Part shown: piece after piece, positions 41,867 through 54,596 of the stretch
Layout: the number at the start of each line of letters is the position of its first letter
Numbering within the stretch: position 1 is the first letter of the stretch
Assembly: GCA_021613535.1 (NCBI GenBank)
Contig: CP075492.1
Location: forward strand, 7,936,001-8,000,000
Reading direction: 5' to 3'
Length of the DNA: 64,000 nucleotides
From: Adineta vaga
Taxonomy: Eukaryota > Animalia > Rotifera
The notes under the pieces: model-generated
Seen by the model: the letters and a program-made list of their open reading frames with translations, nothing else
The model's database searches: none
What the model was told of the DNA's origin: nothing
Translations under genes and position numbers: made by a program

Positions 41867-43200
41867 ATATTTAACGAGCCTATAACCCGTTCTTTTAGAA
41901 AAGGAAATATCAATAAAGACAAAGTGAATCCTGAGAGAAGAAATATCGTGTGTTCCACATAAATAATAATTTTTCACAAATTATGTAAATAGAGAAAATA
42001 AATATTTCAGTAAAAATTAGCTGAAGACAACCTTACAGTTCTACGCCAAATTGTTTTTATGGTTTCTTAATTCAAGACGGTTCTCGTACAAGATTCTTAA
42101 GATTGATGAATAACAACAAAAAACTTCTAAATCGTTTTAAACAAGTAACGCTTGCCATGCCGACTTACTTTACCCTCGACTGTGGAAGACGGGCATTTTC
42201 TGCCTGTGCCAACAGTGAGACGAATTAATCTAGCAACTTTATAAATGACGAAATGATTCAACATTTTTTTTTCACCCAAACCCACCCTTTTCACCCTCAT
42301 AAACATCGCAGATCCATACCGGCACCCGCTATAGGTTCGCCCCCCCCCCTCTCCCCCATGTCTATAACCCTACCCTCGCTATCACGCATCTCCATACCCC
42401 TACCCACGGTTTCACCCACACCTATCTCCGTAACCCCACCGATGCTTTCACCCAAAACCCATTATTTCAAACAGGCTTTGACTGATATCCCTTGACCTTT
42501 GACTCTGACACAGACCCACAGACAAACTATCTTTTTTTTCATAAGACCCTTCCTACAGTCGAGAGAATTCACACTTTTGAACAGTAATATTCATTGAAAT
42601 ATTAATCTACTAGAGATGTATACTCCAGCATCATGTTCGTTTGATGTATCACATTTATTAACAACAGAGACAAAGATGAATTACCTTTTTTCGAATATCT
42701 CTGATGATCTAGTTGAAAGAATTGAAAAAACTTAAATATTGTAGTAATTAATAAATGAGATATGATTCCACGTGAATTAGACAGAATGTAGACGCGATAA
42801 ACTGGCCTAGCGACTGTTGATTTATAAATATGAAGAGGATAGGATATCTACTCAGATAACTTTGAGAAAAAAAAAGCTTTTAGTTTCGTTTAATCAATGG
42901 GAAAGTCTGCACGTGTGAACAAAGATCATGCATTTAGATCAGATAAGAAGATTAAATCATCCGCAATTAAATTTATCAAGCTTCAATGAGAAAATTTTCC
43001 GTTTTCTTGTATCTTTTTCAATATGCTTATAAAAGAAAAAGAAAATCATAAATGCAAATGATTTTCCAAAGACATGTGATGTGTAAAAAGCATAAATATG
43101 ACAAAAGTGTAAGCTCAACTTAGTTTTATATTAATAATGCAAAAAAAAGAAGTATCATGAATTGTCTGAAAGTTAATTTTTTATTAATGCACAGTAGTTT

Positions 43201-44193
43201 TCATTTCGTAGTTTTGTTTCTTCGTAAATTAGGAGATTTATTTAGTTGTAGTGGAGATGTACCATCAGCTGTTGTTGATGGTATTGTTAAATGTTGTTGT
43301 CTTGTTTGTTGTGTATCGACTCGATTGCCACGGTAAACGAACGAAACAAAATGATCGTTTCTTAGTTTTGGTGTAATATGAATTAACATAATACCCATAA
43401 AAATCATACAAACCGATGTGATCAATCCAACAATACCAAATGTTAACGGATACAAATGTCCAACAATCGATGCATAAATCATAAATACAACGGTTGGACC
43501 ACGTAATGCAATTAATATTGATATTAATACAACTATTCGCTTAATGACAGTCAAATCTCGTAAATTTCGTTGTTGCTGATTGATAGCAAGCATTGTTGTT
43601 GAATGTCGAGAAGATTCTCGAATAAATGAAGTGATCCATACATATATGATAGTTATACATACAATTGGAATCATATACAATATCATAATATGATATAGTT
43701 CCGCTCCTAGATTTGTGTACGGTACAAGACAATATTGTTCTGTTGACAGATGAACATACCAACCGAGAAATATTGGTGGTAGAAGTGCAACTATTGTCAA
43801 TGACCATTGACCAATAATTAACGTGAGAAAAAGAGAAAATGATAAGAGTGATTTCTTTTTGTAGAATACGACTCGACAGAGGCGGTAGAATGCTTGTAAA
43901 TAATAACTATGATAGATTGAGCATTGACAGACATCATATATGAGACCACATATGCAACAAAAGTTGAAATTGAATGTAAGAAAACCGTTTGATAAATTGG
44001 AAATAGTCATGATGGAAACAGCGAGACATGTGAGAAGTGCAGCAAAAGAGGTGTTGTATGTGAGAACGAGTGAAATATCATGAAGATCTCGTCGATGTTT
44101 GATGCCAATGACGATGATGATAAGAAAGATAAGAATAGCAATAAAATTAAAACCCCAAGTTAGAATACCAATAACTACTCCTGGTGAGACCAT
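43201..44193 (-). CDS. Orphan 7TM receptor, copy B (tandem paralogue of 39171-40109)
   Basis: 330 aa; core nearly identical to copy A. Confidence 0.8.
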   Translation of the reverse strand: MVSPGVVIGILTWGFNFIAILIFLIIIVIGIKHRRDLHDISLVLTYNTSFAALLTCLAVSIMTISNLSNGFLTFNFNFCCICGLIYDVCQCSIYHSYYLQAFYRLCRVVFYKKKSLLSFSLFLTLIIGQWSLTIVALLPPIFLGWYVHLSTEQYCLVPYTNLGAELYHIMILYMIPIVCITIIYVWITSFIRESSRHSTTMLAINQQQRNLRDLTVIKRIVVLISILIALRGPTVVFMIYASIVGHLYPLTFGIVGLITSVCMIFMGIMLIHITPKLRNDHFVSFVYRGNRVDTQQTRQQHLTIPSTTADGTSPLQLNKSPNLRRNKTTK

Positions 44194-44691
44194 TCTCTTC
44201 GGTTTCTAATATATTCTGTAGGTGGATACAAATGAGAAGAATAAGTATGAAAAAAGTGACGATGCAACGTGTACCTATGTTATCTATTTATTAAATGAAA
44301 CGCATGCATCTCACACGCGTTAGAAAACGTCTATATATCATACATAATCTCTACCGATTATTAGTATCAATGACGTAGATAGTAGGAGTTACCTTCTTGG
44401 AATGTTCAGAGATTTTCTCTAATTGCATTCAAATGTCATCGCGAGTGCGATTGATAGTGATGCTTCCAACTTATATTTCGTTTATCCAATGATAGATGAT
44501 AGGATTAAGAAACGTTAGCATACAATAGGAAAATAAAAGTATAATGTCACACTACCAATGACGACATTGAGATAGTATCAGAAGAAAGGATTAATAAGAA
44601 AAATTATATGTGTGAATATAAATATATGAAGACGAAGAAAAATAACATTCCATCAGATAGTAAATAAATTGAACAATACAAAATAGTATAA

Positions 44692-47263
44692 TCATTTGAT
44701 ATCCACATCTGTCATACGAATGCTAGTGTTGTTCAATGAAGCTGTTTTAATATGGTAATTAGTCGATTTATTGTTACGAATTGATGCCGATCGACTGATT
44801 CGATTAACAGAAATAGATGATGTAGATCGTTCTCTAGTGTTAGCACTTTTTAAATCATTTAAATTGACATGTTCGTAGTCTTTGGATTGGTTTTTAATAG
44901 AAATAACTTGTCGATTGGATGCACTTAATGGTGTTTTATATCGAGGAAGTTTTATTACTTTAATACTGTTTACATTTGGTTGTGCTGAAATAGAACAAGA
45001 CATCGTTGATAAATTAGTCTCGTAAGTGACATCATCTTCCATTGAAGATTCGGAAAATTGATTCTTTTTATGCTTTTTTTGAACGTTGATATAGGAATTT
45101 ATTTCAGATGAAGACTTGGTAGATTTTATCTTAAAATCTGGACTTATCAGATTATCCTCTTGAGGTAATCTACGAATAGTTATTGAACTGGGCGTTTGTA
45201 CACCACTGATCTTTCTGATGTTCTTCAATTGATCCAATTCATAATTTAATGTATGATCATGTTCTTGGCCTAATCGTGAATGAGAAGTTCCATTTTCTGA
45301 ATACCATTTTAAATTATGTCTGAACTCACCAACTTTACTTCTACGTCGTCGTCGTCGTCTATCTTTAGAACAGCTGTCAGAAAAGAAAAATAATGAACAC
45401 GACCATATCATATCAAATATATCTTACAGAAAATAGTAACAACATAAAGATAAGCAGCAAAGCGCTAATAGTAACGTTAATAAAGATAGACCAAGAATCA
45501 CTGGCCAATCGACCTTTTCTCCAATTTTAACTAAAATAAATATATCAATCTTGTAAATCCATGTCATTCTTTTAATCGATGAAAGTTTTGTACCTGTCGA
45601 TGATCGTATAGATGAACTGGTGCTATTCAATTTGATTTCGATGTCAATTAGAATAAGATAAAGAAGAAGAGAAAAGTATTAATCACCTTATTATTGTCAT
45701 GGCCGATGATGTATAAGTTACTGCTGTGCTAATCTGTGTTGTTTGTTGTGAAGTATCCGCACTAAATGAGAAGATTATAATTTAATTATTGAGAAAAATC
45801 TTTTGATTAACTATGTTTGAAAATAACTAACGCTAAAGATATTGACGTTTGCATAGTTGTCACTATTGTTGTTGGCCTAAGAAGAAGAAGAAGAAGAAAA
45901 TACGACGAAACTATTTATCATTATTTCTTCTGAGAGAATTTCAGTCTTACGATACAGTCACTCCTGGACACAGTGGAGCGCTATTGAGACCGACAAAGAA
46001 TGATATACAATACTGATCAGATTGTATAGTTGCACTATTAATGATAATTCATTAAATATAGAATTAATTGATAATTGACGTATAACTAACTTATCATTTG
46101 CAACTGCACAAAATACCTGTGAACCAACTTGATTTGCTGTTGGTGTCCATGTCATTTTTGTCGTCCATAACGATGTATTCGTTATATTTTGAACAAGTGT
46201 ACTCTTGAGTAGTATAGGAAAAGATACTGTAGCTATGTCATTGATTATTCTTCCATCGCCACATCGATTGATAACTGTCCATGTTATCGTGAAACTTACT
46301 CCGACTTGTACACCTTGACAGACGTTATTATTAGTATCAGCGATCAGTAGTGGTTTCAACGTACAATTTTGATTTGCATATACTCGTATAAGAAATTGTA
46401 AAGGAACAGAACTAAGTGGAATAATACTCGTATTTGTCATATAATCCTCTACCTGAAATAGAAAAAATAGAGAAAAATAAATCTTATGATGCTTAAATCT
46501 AATTGACCTGAATAGCCACAAGATAATAATCGCCAGCTGTAATACCGGTAATAGTAAGAAGACAAGATGATGATAAAGTTGTTCCAACTGGTAATGAAGC
46601 AGGTGGACAAGTATTGACACATTCAGATGATCCATTTGCAAATCGACATCGAATGAAATCATTATCTGCATCGAGAACTGGAATTTGAATGGTTTGAGGA
46701 ATACCGACAGGTACACTAATGTACGAAATGCATGTAGCTACTGGTGATGTATTGATTAGTCCATTATCAGATCTCGCACGTAGATCGATTCGATTTGAAA
46801 TACTCCAACCTGCAGAACTACCTAATGCTAATATTTGCCAACCACCGCCAGTGCTAAACGTAGCAGTAAAAGTAGAATTAGCAGTCAGATTAACGATATC
46901 AGATCGTTGACTAACAGTTAAATCGAGTGAAGAAGAGAAATCAATACAAGGACCTGTAATAGGCACTTCATTGCCAATATAACCACCTGCTGTTGAACAA
47001 CTATCGTTACAAAATAAGCTTATTCCACTACCAACTTTCGTTCCTGTATTCACAGAAGGTGATTGAGCAGCAATCATACTATTATTACACCCAACAAGAG
47101 ACAATGTCCAGCTATATGTTTGCGTAATCATAATAGAAATTGGTTGACCAACAGTTATATTGTTAGAAATTGGTTTCCAACTTATTGTACCACCACGAAA
47201 ATGATCTGCTTCGGTCAACAAGACGAATAATAATATTTGCCATATAAAATTCATTCGATGCAT
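44692..47263 (-). CDS. Uncharacterised type-I membrane protein (HFRGG ectodomain, Ser/Thr stalk, TM, basic cytoplasmic tail), about 8 exons
   Basis: Signal peptide then DHFRGGTISWKP, NTSPVAT, DADNDFIRCRFA..EC..C, SSVPLQF; small T/S-rich exons splice in frame to TM WPVILGLSLLTLLLALCCLSLCCYYFL and CSKDRRRRRRRS. Confidence 0.8.
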
Positions 47264-47795
47264 CTAAAAAACGATACTGATCAAAATATGTTGACATAGA
47301 ATATTCTCGCACTTTTGGCGTATTTTATTTGTATCGTTCATTTCTATTTGTATGATGCAATGAAAACATATTGTTTTATTTGTAATGGAATATGATTTAG
47401 AAAATTCTATTCTTTTTTTCATAATAACAAAAGAATCCCTACAAAAAAGTTTATTTTCTTTCAATCAATATGATTAAGACAAACATATGAATGGTAAATA
47501 TGTATTTTGATTATGATGAATTGGTACAGCTTGGCCTAAAAACGTCATAATTTCTCACTAATACTTCTCATATTATCATAAAGGATGAAAATATACCATT
47601 AAGATAGAATATTAATCCTATGTTCATTAATTGTAACATATTTTTGATTATCTTGATTTGATTGACAATCTTATCATTCGATATACTGATACTTTCTCGA
47701 ACTTGATTCGAAGTTGTCTTTGATAATAGGCAGATCAATAACTATATTCTATGGGATTACAAGACCTATTCTTTGGTTTGTAAACATCAAGCCAA

Positions 47796-49056
47796 TTAAC
47801 AAATTTTATGGAATTTCTCTTTCAAACTATATATTAACAAGATTGTGTCAAAAATATGAGAGTGAGTGGATGGGTGTGGGTGGGAACGGAAATTGCTGAG
47901 AGGCACCCACACGCATTCGAATGAATTGAAAATAAAATCATTTAAAATACTAAAGATGCACAACATTCTATAAGTACATAAAGTTATAAATAAGCTATTT
48001 TGCTGAATGGCTCGACTAGCAACATTGGTATAAATCATTGGTACATGAACAATATGATTTGCTGAATGATTAGTTCTTGTTAATGGCCAAATATCGGCAA
48101 TTGATCGAGGCCATAATTCCGGTAATATCATCAATGAAACAAAAGGACATAATAAAATGACTATATAAATACCATAGGGTAAAATATTAATACTCAAATC
48201 AATTAAAATTGGTTGAGAAACCGTAGAGAAAAGCATAATCGATGAACAAGTAACCATTGGTAACCACACAAGATTGTATAAGATAACAATATATAGTAAT
48301 TGTAAAACTAATCGTCGATTTTTTCTCCATATTCGTTGTTGTTGCATATGATATTTTTGTTTAAGAACTCGAATTAAGAGAGTAAGACTAACCACACTAC
48401 TAACTGTTACTGGTAAAACAAGATTGATAAATTGATCGAACGTACTTATGGCTGGTGCATAGAAATAACACGGTCCACCACATGTAATCATTGTATATGT
48501 AAATTGATTCGTGCAAGGATAGAAAAATATGAAATAGATATATAAAATAATAGGATAAAGAATACATAAAATCATCGGTATATAATGAAGAATAAATCGA
48601 TGTTGATGGAAAAATACACGTTTAAAAACAAGTAAATAGCGTTCAATTGAAGTATAAGCCATTAGCATTAAAATCATTACATTAAATGAATAATCTTGAC
48701 ATGCCCAAAATTTGCAGAAGAAATCTGATTGAATAGGAACAAGATTCTTATGTAAATATGAGAGAATAATTGGTAATTCAGTTGTTACCTGAAAGTATCA
48801 GATGAAAGAAATCATCATTAGAAGGGAAAAAAGTATAGCTTACTTGCAGGAAACTACATATTAATACTGCTAAAATTGTATGAGTACGGATATGTTTTTG
48901 TAGTAAACTTTTGCGAATATATTGAACAAAGACGAATAAAGAGCAAGGAATGGATGGTATAATTAATGCAATAAAAATGCCAAATGGTAATGAACGAGAT
49001 ATAGGTACTGAGAGACTTGAAGATGTCTCATCAGAAATATTAGTATCGTTGTTCAT
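47796..49056 (-). CDS. Orphan rhodopsin-like GPCR; exons 49056-48844 and 48788-47796
   Basis: N-glycosylation sequons at N-terminus, FCKFW, SIERY (DRY-like), CGGPCY in ECL2, WLP in TM6, CPFV in TM7. Confidence 0.85.
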
Positions 49057-49290
49057 AGATAGTTGAAAAAGATGGGTGAAATGAATAATTTTTGTAAGTA
49101 AAAATTACAGTGTCAAATACAAAAAAAGAATTTCCATTGCAAAATCATATGATAACAGTTTTTGATATGCTTTCGTTAAAAACATCTTTTCATGATAATT
49201 GCATTGCAATGACATGTTCCCCGCTTCTACGAATTATAATATGTCTCAGTTTGTATTTATTAAAGAACTTCTTTCAGTTGAAAAGAATAA

Positions 49291-50690
49291 TTATAATACA
49301 AACACTGAAAAAAGAAAATAAATCCCGAATACAATACTTTTTGAATACCAGAAAATAGAAGTAGCATAATTAGTTTCATAACACTTGAATAAAGACATAT
49401 GAATGTTTTCGATTGTTTGATAAATTTTCTCGGATACTTCAATCGGTGGATTAGTATCCGCATTCGTTAGAATAATGACACCCGTATTGTGTTTTTCATT
49501 AACTAACATGAGATGGGTCATGCCTGGAAGTGTTCCACCGTGACCAATATATTGACGACCATCAGCCAATGTTCTCCAATGCCAGCAAAGTCCAAATCTT
49601 CTTGCTGGAAGTTGATTCGTAGAATTTGGATTGGAACTTGGATTGTAAGGATAGATAAGACCATTGCCAACTACAGTTTTCATTTCATCAATCGAATGTG
49701 AAGAAAGAAGTGGATATCCTTTGTTGACAAACATGCGAAGAAAAGCAGAAAGAGAACGAGCTGACATGCGTAAAAGACCAGCTGGATAACCGCTGAAACC
49801 AAACAATGAAAAATGGAACCATGTTGATAGATTATTCTACAAAAAAAAGGCATTAGTAATGAGAAAAAAAGAAATCATATTTTATGATTATTTACCTGCA
49901 TCAATGTAATATCTAATTGTGGAAATTCTTCTTTCCAAAGTTGTAAAAGTGATGCATTACCACCATATGCACAATGTTCCACAAGATCATTGTTATTAGG
50001 AAAATCTTTTAGACGAACACCAATTTTATTACTAGTAATATTCAATGGTTTAAAAATCTTTTCTTTTACATATTCATCATAGGACATGTTAGTAATTCGT
50101 TCCACAATATATGCTGCTAGTGATGTACCTTCATTTGAATAAATTGTTGCATTACCTGGTGGTCTTGGCAACCAATTTGTTGTATTCGAATTCAAATATT
50201 TCAAACAAAATTCACCTAATGTTACACTCTCGAGTGCACTATCACCTGGTTGAAAGAATGTAGCTTGTAATTGACCATTGACAGCAATTGATGAAGAATG
50301 TGAAAGTAATTTACGCAATGTAATTGAATCATTTGAAAACTTTGGATTGTAAATTATTCGATTTGGTATTCCTAAATACTGATTAATATCTGTATCCAGA
50401 TCAACAAGTTTCCCTTCAACTAATTGCATGACAGCAACAGCTATAACTGTTTTCGAAATAGAAGCTATAGGGAAAATTGATTTCTCAGCATCCATCGATT
50501 TTAATGATGAAAGCGATTGATAACCAAAAGCCTGTTCATAAAGTGTATGTGTACCATTGACAACAACAATTACTGCACCAGGTACATACGCTTGTTGTAA
50601 TGATGCTTCAATTGATTGACGAGTTAGACAATTTGAATTACAGCTCACAACAATAAACAACGTAGTAAAGATCACGAATGAAAACAACAT
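49291..50690 (-). CDS. Secreted beta-lactamase-family (class C/AmpC-like) serine hydrolase; exons 50690-49896 and 49836-49291, 446 aa
   Basis: FPIASISKT (SxxK), ITLRKLLSHSS, YSNEG (YxN), PAGLL, GHGG (HxG); signal peptide; hydrophobic C-terminus. Confidence 0.92.
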
Positions 50691-51713
50691 ATCACTTCTT
50701 ATTTTTTTCTTATCGAATGAAGTAATGTAGGGTAGCTTTATCGAGAATTAGAAGAAAAAATATTTAGAGTACATGCAAAGTTTAACTTTGATAAAAGATT
50801 ATGTTTCTATATGACTCAATGAATAAATTTGTATATCAAAACATGCTGTTAATCATCGTTTATGTTATTTGAGATCTTCTTTTTACTGTATTGATATACG
50901 ATTTAGTTTTGAAGTATTTCAAACAAGTTTTAATCAATTATTTAGTTTGATATAAGAGAACCGTTTTGATATGTACAAAAGAAAAGGATCATAACTGAAC
51001 GACATCTATTTAAATCTATATCAGTTAATTATAATAATCTAAGTAACAACTTTCATAATAAGAAATAGTTAAACTATATTTACTTGAGAATATAGTTTAT
51101 TTATAATAGACTGAAAATCATAGAGGTACGATATTGGTTTTCGTCATTGAAGATACATACATACATACATACATAGACATGAATCTGTTCATTTCATTCA
51201 TTCATTCATTCGTTTTTTCTTCGAAACTAATCTTAACATGGATATGATGACCATTAACCCTCTTTACTGAAGAGTCTTGTTGAAAATACTGTATCTGATC
51301 CATTTAATAAATTAAAACATAATTTTGTTCAATGACAGTAAATGATGATTCTATTTGATCGTGTTTCACCTGATGCAGCTGATCAGACAATTTATCAACG
51401 CTGATTCTGTCATATTTTTTTTCTAACTAGTCCCAAATAATTTATCTGCTTCGATGATGAATACAACAATCGCATGTATTACTTGATAATAAACTATGAG
51501 AATAACAAATTAACTGAGAACAGATTAAACTATAGTTTGGGACAAGACTTAATAAAAAATAAATAGCATTTTGTATTTGCTTTCGAAAAGAAAAATAACT
51601 ATTAAACTAAAGAATTAATCGAGGTTTTAGTGATTTAATATAATGCATGGCTTATTTGATTATGATTGAAAAAAAAAGTTTCTAGTAAAACAAAAAGAAA
51701 AATGTATAGTCTA

Positions 51714-51786
51714 TGCCCGAGGACAGAATTGAACTGTCGACCCCTGGTTTACTAGACCAGTGCTCTAGCCACTGAGCCACACGGGC
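51714..51786 (-). tRNA. tRNA-Thr(AGT)
   Basis: Reverse complement GCCCGTGTGGCTCAGTGGCTAGAGCACTGGTCTAGTAAACCAGGGGTCGACAGTTCAATTCTGTCCTCGGGCA folds as a cloverleaf; anticodon arm CTGGT-CT-AGT-AA-ACCAG; A and B boxes present. Confidence 0.95.
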
Positions 51787-52030
51787 GTGTTTCTTGTGTG
51801 TTCTATTCTTCATCCCATTTCCTTCCGTATATAAGCGTTCGTCTCGTATAACATAATAGAACGAGTAAAAATGAATGCATGAAACAACTACTGTTGTAAG
51901 GAGAAAAATTTTCTTGTGATATAATAAACTAAAGATTTATTGTTACAACAAACGACAAAAACAATCAGATCGTGAAATACAAGTAAAACTGAGAAGGGAT
52001 GAAAAATAATAAGAATATGTTATTACTGTT

Positions 52031-53757
52031 TTATTTTATAGCTTGAACAGCTTTACTGATAATTGAACAACACTGGGCTAATTCATCTTTAGTTATATTT
52101 AATGGAGGAGCAAAACGAATTTTGTCACCATGAGTAGGCTTTGCTAAAAGACCATGGTCACGTAAATGTAAACATAATTCCCATGCATCATATTCTATAA
52201 AGAAAAAGAATAATCAATATAAAATTAGATTATAAATCATATACTCGAATTGATGACAATAGCATTCAATAAACCTTTACCACGAACAATTTTCACTATA
52301 TCTTTTGGTAAACGATTTAATTCTTGACGCAAGAATTCACCCATTTGAGCAGCATTTTCAACCATTCCTTCTTCCATTAATACCTAAATTCAAGATTATT
52401 TATTTTCATTGTAAACTAGAATTAATTTCTACTTTGAGAGCAGCAATAGCAGTTCGAGCTCCTAGTGGATTGCCACCGAAAGTTGAACCATGAGTACCGG
52501 GAGTAAACACCTTCATTAAGTTATCGTTTGCTAAAACAGCGGACACCTATAGAAACAATTACGAAATTCAGTGTGATCCTTTTTCTTTCGAATAAATACT
52601 AACCGGATAGAAACCACCAGCCAATGCTTTACCAAGAATGAGAATATCTGGTCGAACATTTTCATAGTCACATGCCAATAATCTGAAATTAAACTCTTCG
52701 ATAAAATTGATTCATTTATTCAATAAACTAACTTTCCAGTTCGACCAAGACCAGTTTGAATTTCATCACCAATCCAAAGAACATTGTTTTTCGTACAAAT
52801 CTTTCGAATACCAGCAAGATAACCATCATCAGGAATACAAACACCTACAACACAACTACTGCTTATCAATCGTAATCCATACTCTTAACTCACCAGCTTC
52901 GCCTTGTATTGGTTCTACCATAAATGCACAAACACGACTATCTTGACATGCTTCCTATAGATAATCACAGTTTTATCACATCGATTAATTCTCTATTTCG
53001 TTTTGCATACCTCTAATGCTTTTAAATCATTGTAAGGAATAATTTTAAAATTTGGCATATAAGGCCCAAAACCTTCGTAACATGATGGATCTGTTGAACT
53101 CGATACAGCTGCTAATGTACGTCCCCAAAAATTATTTTCCGCAAAAAGAATAACAGCTTCATTCTTGGGTACACCTTTGACACTATATCCCCATTTACGT
53201 GCTAATTTAATCGCAGTTTCTCCACCTTCGACACCTGTTTGAAAGAAAATATCGTCTTCTAATTTGTAAAATCTATTAAACCAATTCAACTTACCGGTAT
53301 TCATCGGTAACATTTTATCGTAACCGAACAGTTCACATGCATACTTTTCAAATTCTCCAAGTACATCGTTGTGAAATGCACGTGATGTTAATGTCAATGT
53401 TTCGGCTTGTTTTTTAATAGCAGCAAGAATTTTCGGATGACAATGTCCTTGATTAACAGCAGAATATGCCGAAAGAAAATCAAAATAACGATTTCCATCC
53501 AAATCCCAAACATAAACACCTAGAAAATTTGTTTTCGAAGTCATACACATTGTTTTCTTCTATAACATACCAGATCCACGTTGAATAACTACAGGTAATG
53601 GATGATAGTTAGCAGCTCCATAACGTGTTTCACGATCGACAATTGTCTTTGTTTTTGCTGACACAGCTTTTGCTGTCGATTTTACTGCTGATGAGCTTGC
53701 TGAAGCTATGCATCGATTGAGAACTGAGATGGAAGGTGACAAAAACTGACGATACAT
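52031..53757 (-). CDS. OAT: Ornithine aminotransferase, mitochondrial, multi-exon
   Basis: [71 protein letters not shown] (PLP Lys), HGSTFGGNP. Confidence 0.97.
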
Positions 53758-54094
53758 CTGAAAGAAGCCGTAAAAATAAACTCACATGAGCAATTTCGAA
53801 TAATAAGGCGTTCAAACACCTCTCAAACATGAAACTAGAACCAGAAGTTAAGTGGTACTAAGGAAAAGGGGGTGTGTTGATTCTCCTCTCTTGCGTTCTC
53901 TCTAACTAACTCATATGTATTATTAATTCTCTGGAATCCAATCAATGTTTACATGAAAAAACAAGAGGGCGCCATGAACAATTACAAAAAATTCTATCCA
54001 ATCAACAATCGACGCAGACAATGGTTGTCAAATCATTAACGCAGAAATTCTGATTACGAAGAAAGCACACTCTAACTAGCCAAACAAAGACAAA

Positions 54095-54461
54095 ATGGTT
54101 TCGTTAGAAAAGAAATCACCCGAAGAACGATTAAATATTTGTCGTAAATATTATCTCGGCGGTTTCGCCTTCTTACCACTTCTATGGTTAATAAATGCGA
54201 TTTGGTTTTATAAACAAGCATTTAAAGTTGAACCATTTCCTCAACAAGAACAAATTCGAAAATGTAGACGAATCTTTTTCCTCACATTAAAAGAAAAAGA
54301 AATGATTTGCTTTTCATTTAGATGTTATTCGAAGTGCAATTGGTACCTTTGTTTGGTTTCTTATTATTATTGTTTGGAATGTTTTATTTCAAGTTTTTCG
54401 CACGAGAATGGGTCCCACTGGAGATTATCTAACCTTTGTTGTACCTCGTGGATACTATTGA
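54095..54461 (+). CDS. PSENEN: Gamma-secretase subunit PEN-2, two exons (intron about 54264-54321)
   Basis: ERLNICRKYYLGGFAFLPLLWLINAIWF; second exon YVIRSAIG..GDYLTFVVPRG. Confidence 0.95.
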
Positions 54462-54596
54462 ACATTCGTTATAAATGTTTCCACTCTTTTGTTTTTTGTC
54501 GATGTGTAATTTTAATTTGATTCTTTTCTTGTTTTTCAATTGTGTGAAATATTTTGCAGATAAAACAATATTTGATTTTTCTTTTTTCAGATAATT

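Noticed and set aside
42253-42495. 80-aa proline-rich ORF
   Set aside because: Explained by the C-skewed repeat; codon usage unlike genuine genes in the window.
39457-43807. Duplicated 88-aa ORFs (39457-39723, 43541-43807)
   Set aside because: Alternative-frame shadows within the near-identical GPCR cores.
51410-51570. Possible inverted-repeat element (GTCCCAAA / TTTGGGAC)
   Set aside because: Only an 8-bp core within A/T runs and no TSD found.
51714-51786. tRNA-Thr as pseudogene or SINE because of a U-U mismatch in the acceptor stem
   Set aside because: All other arms, A/B boxes and a nearby oligo-T run are intact; single mismatches are common in functional tRNAs.
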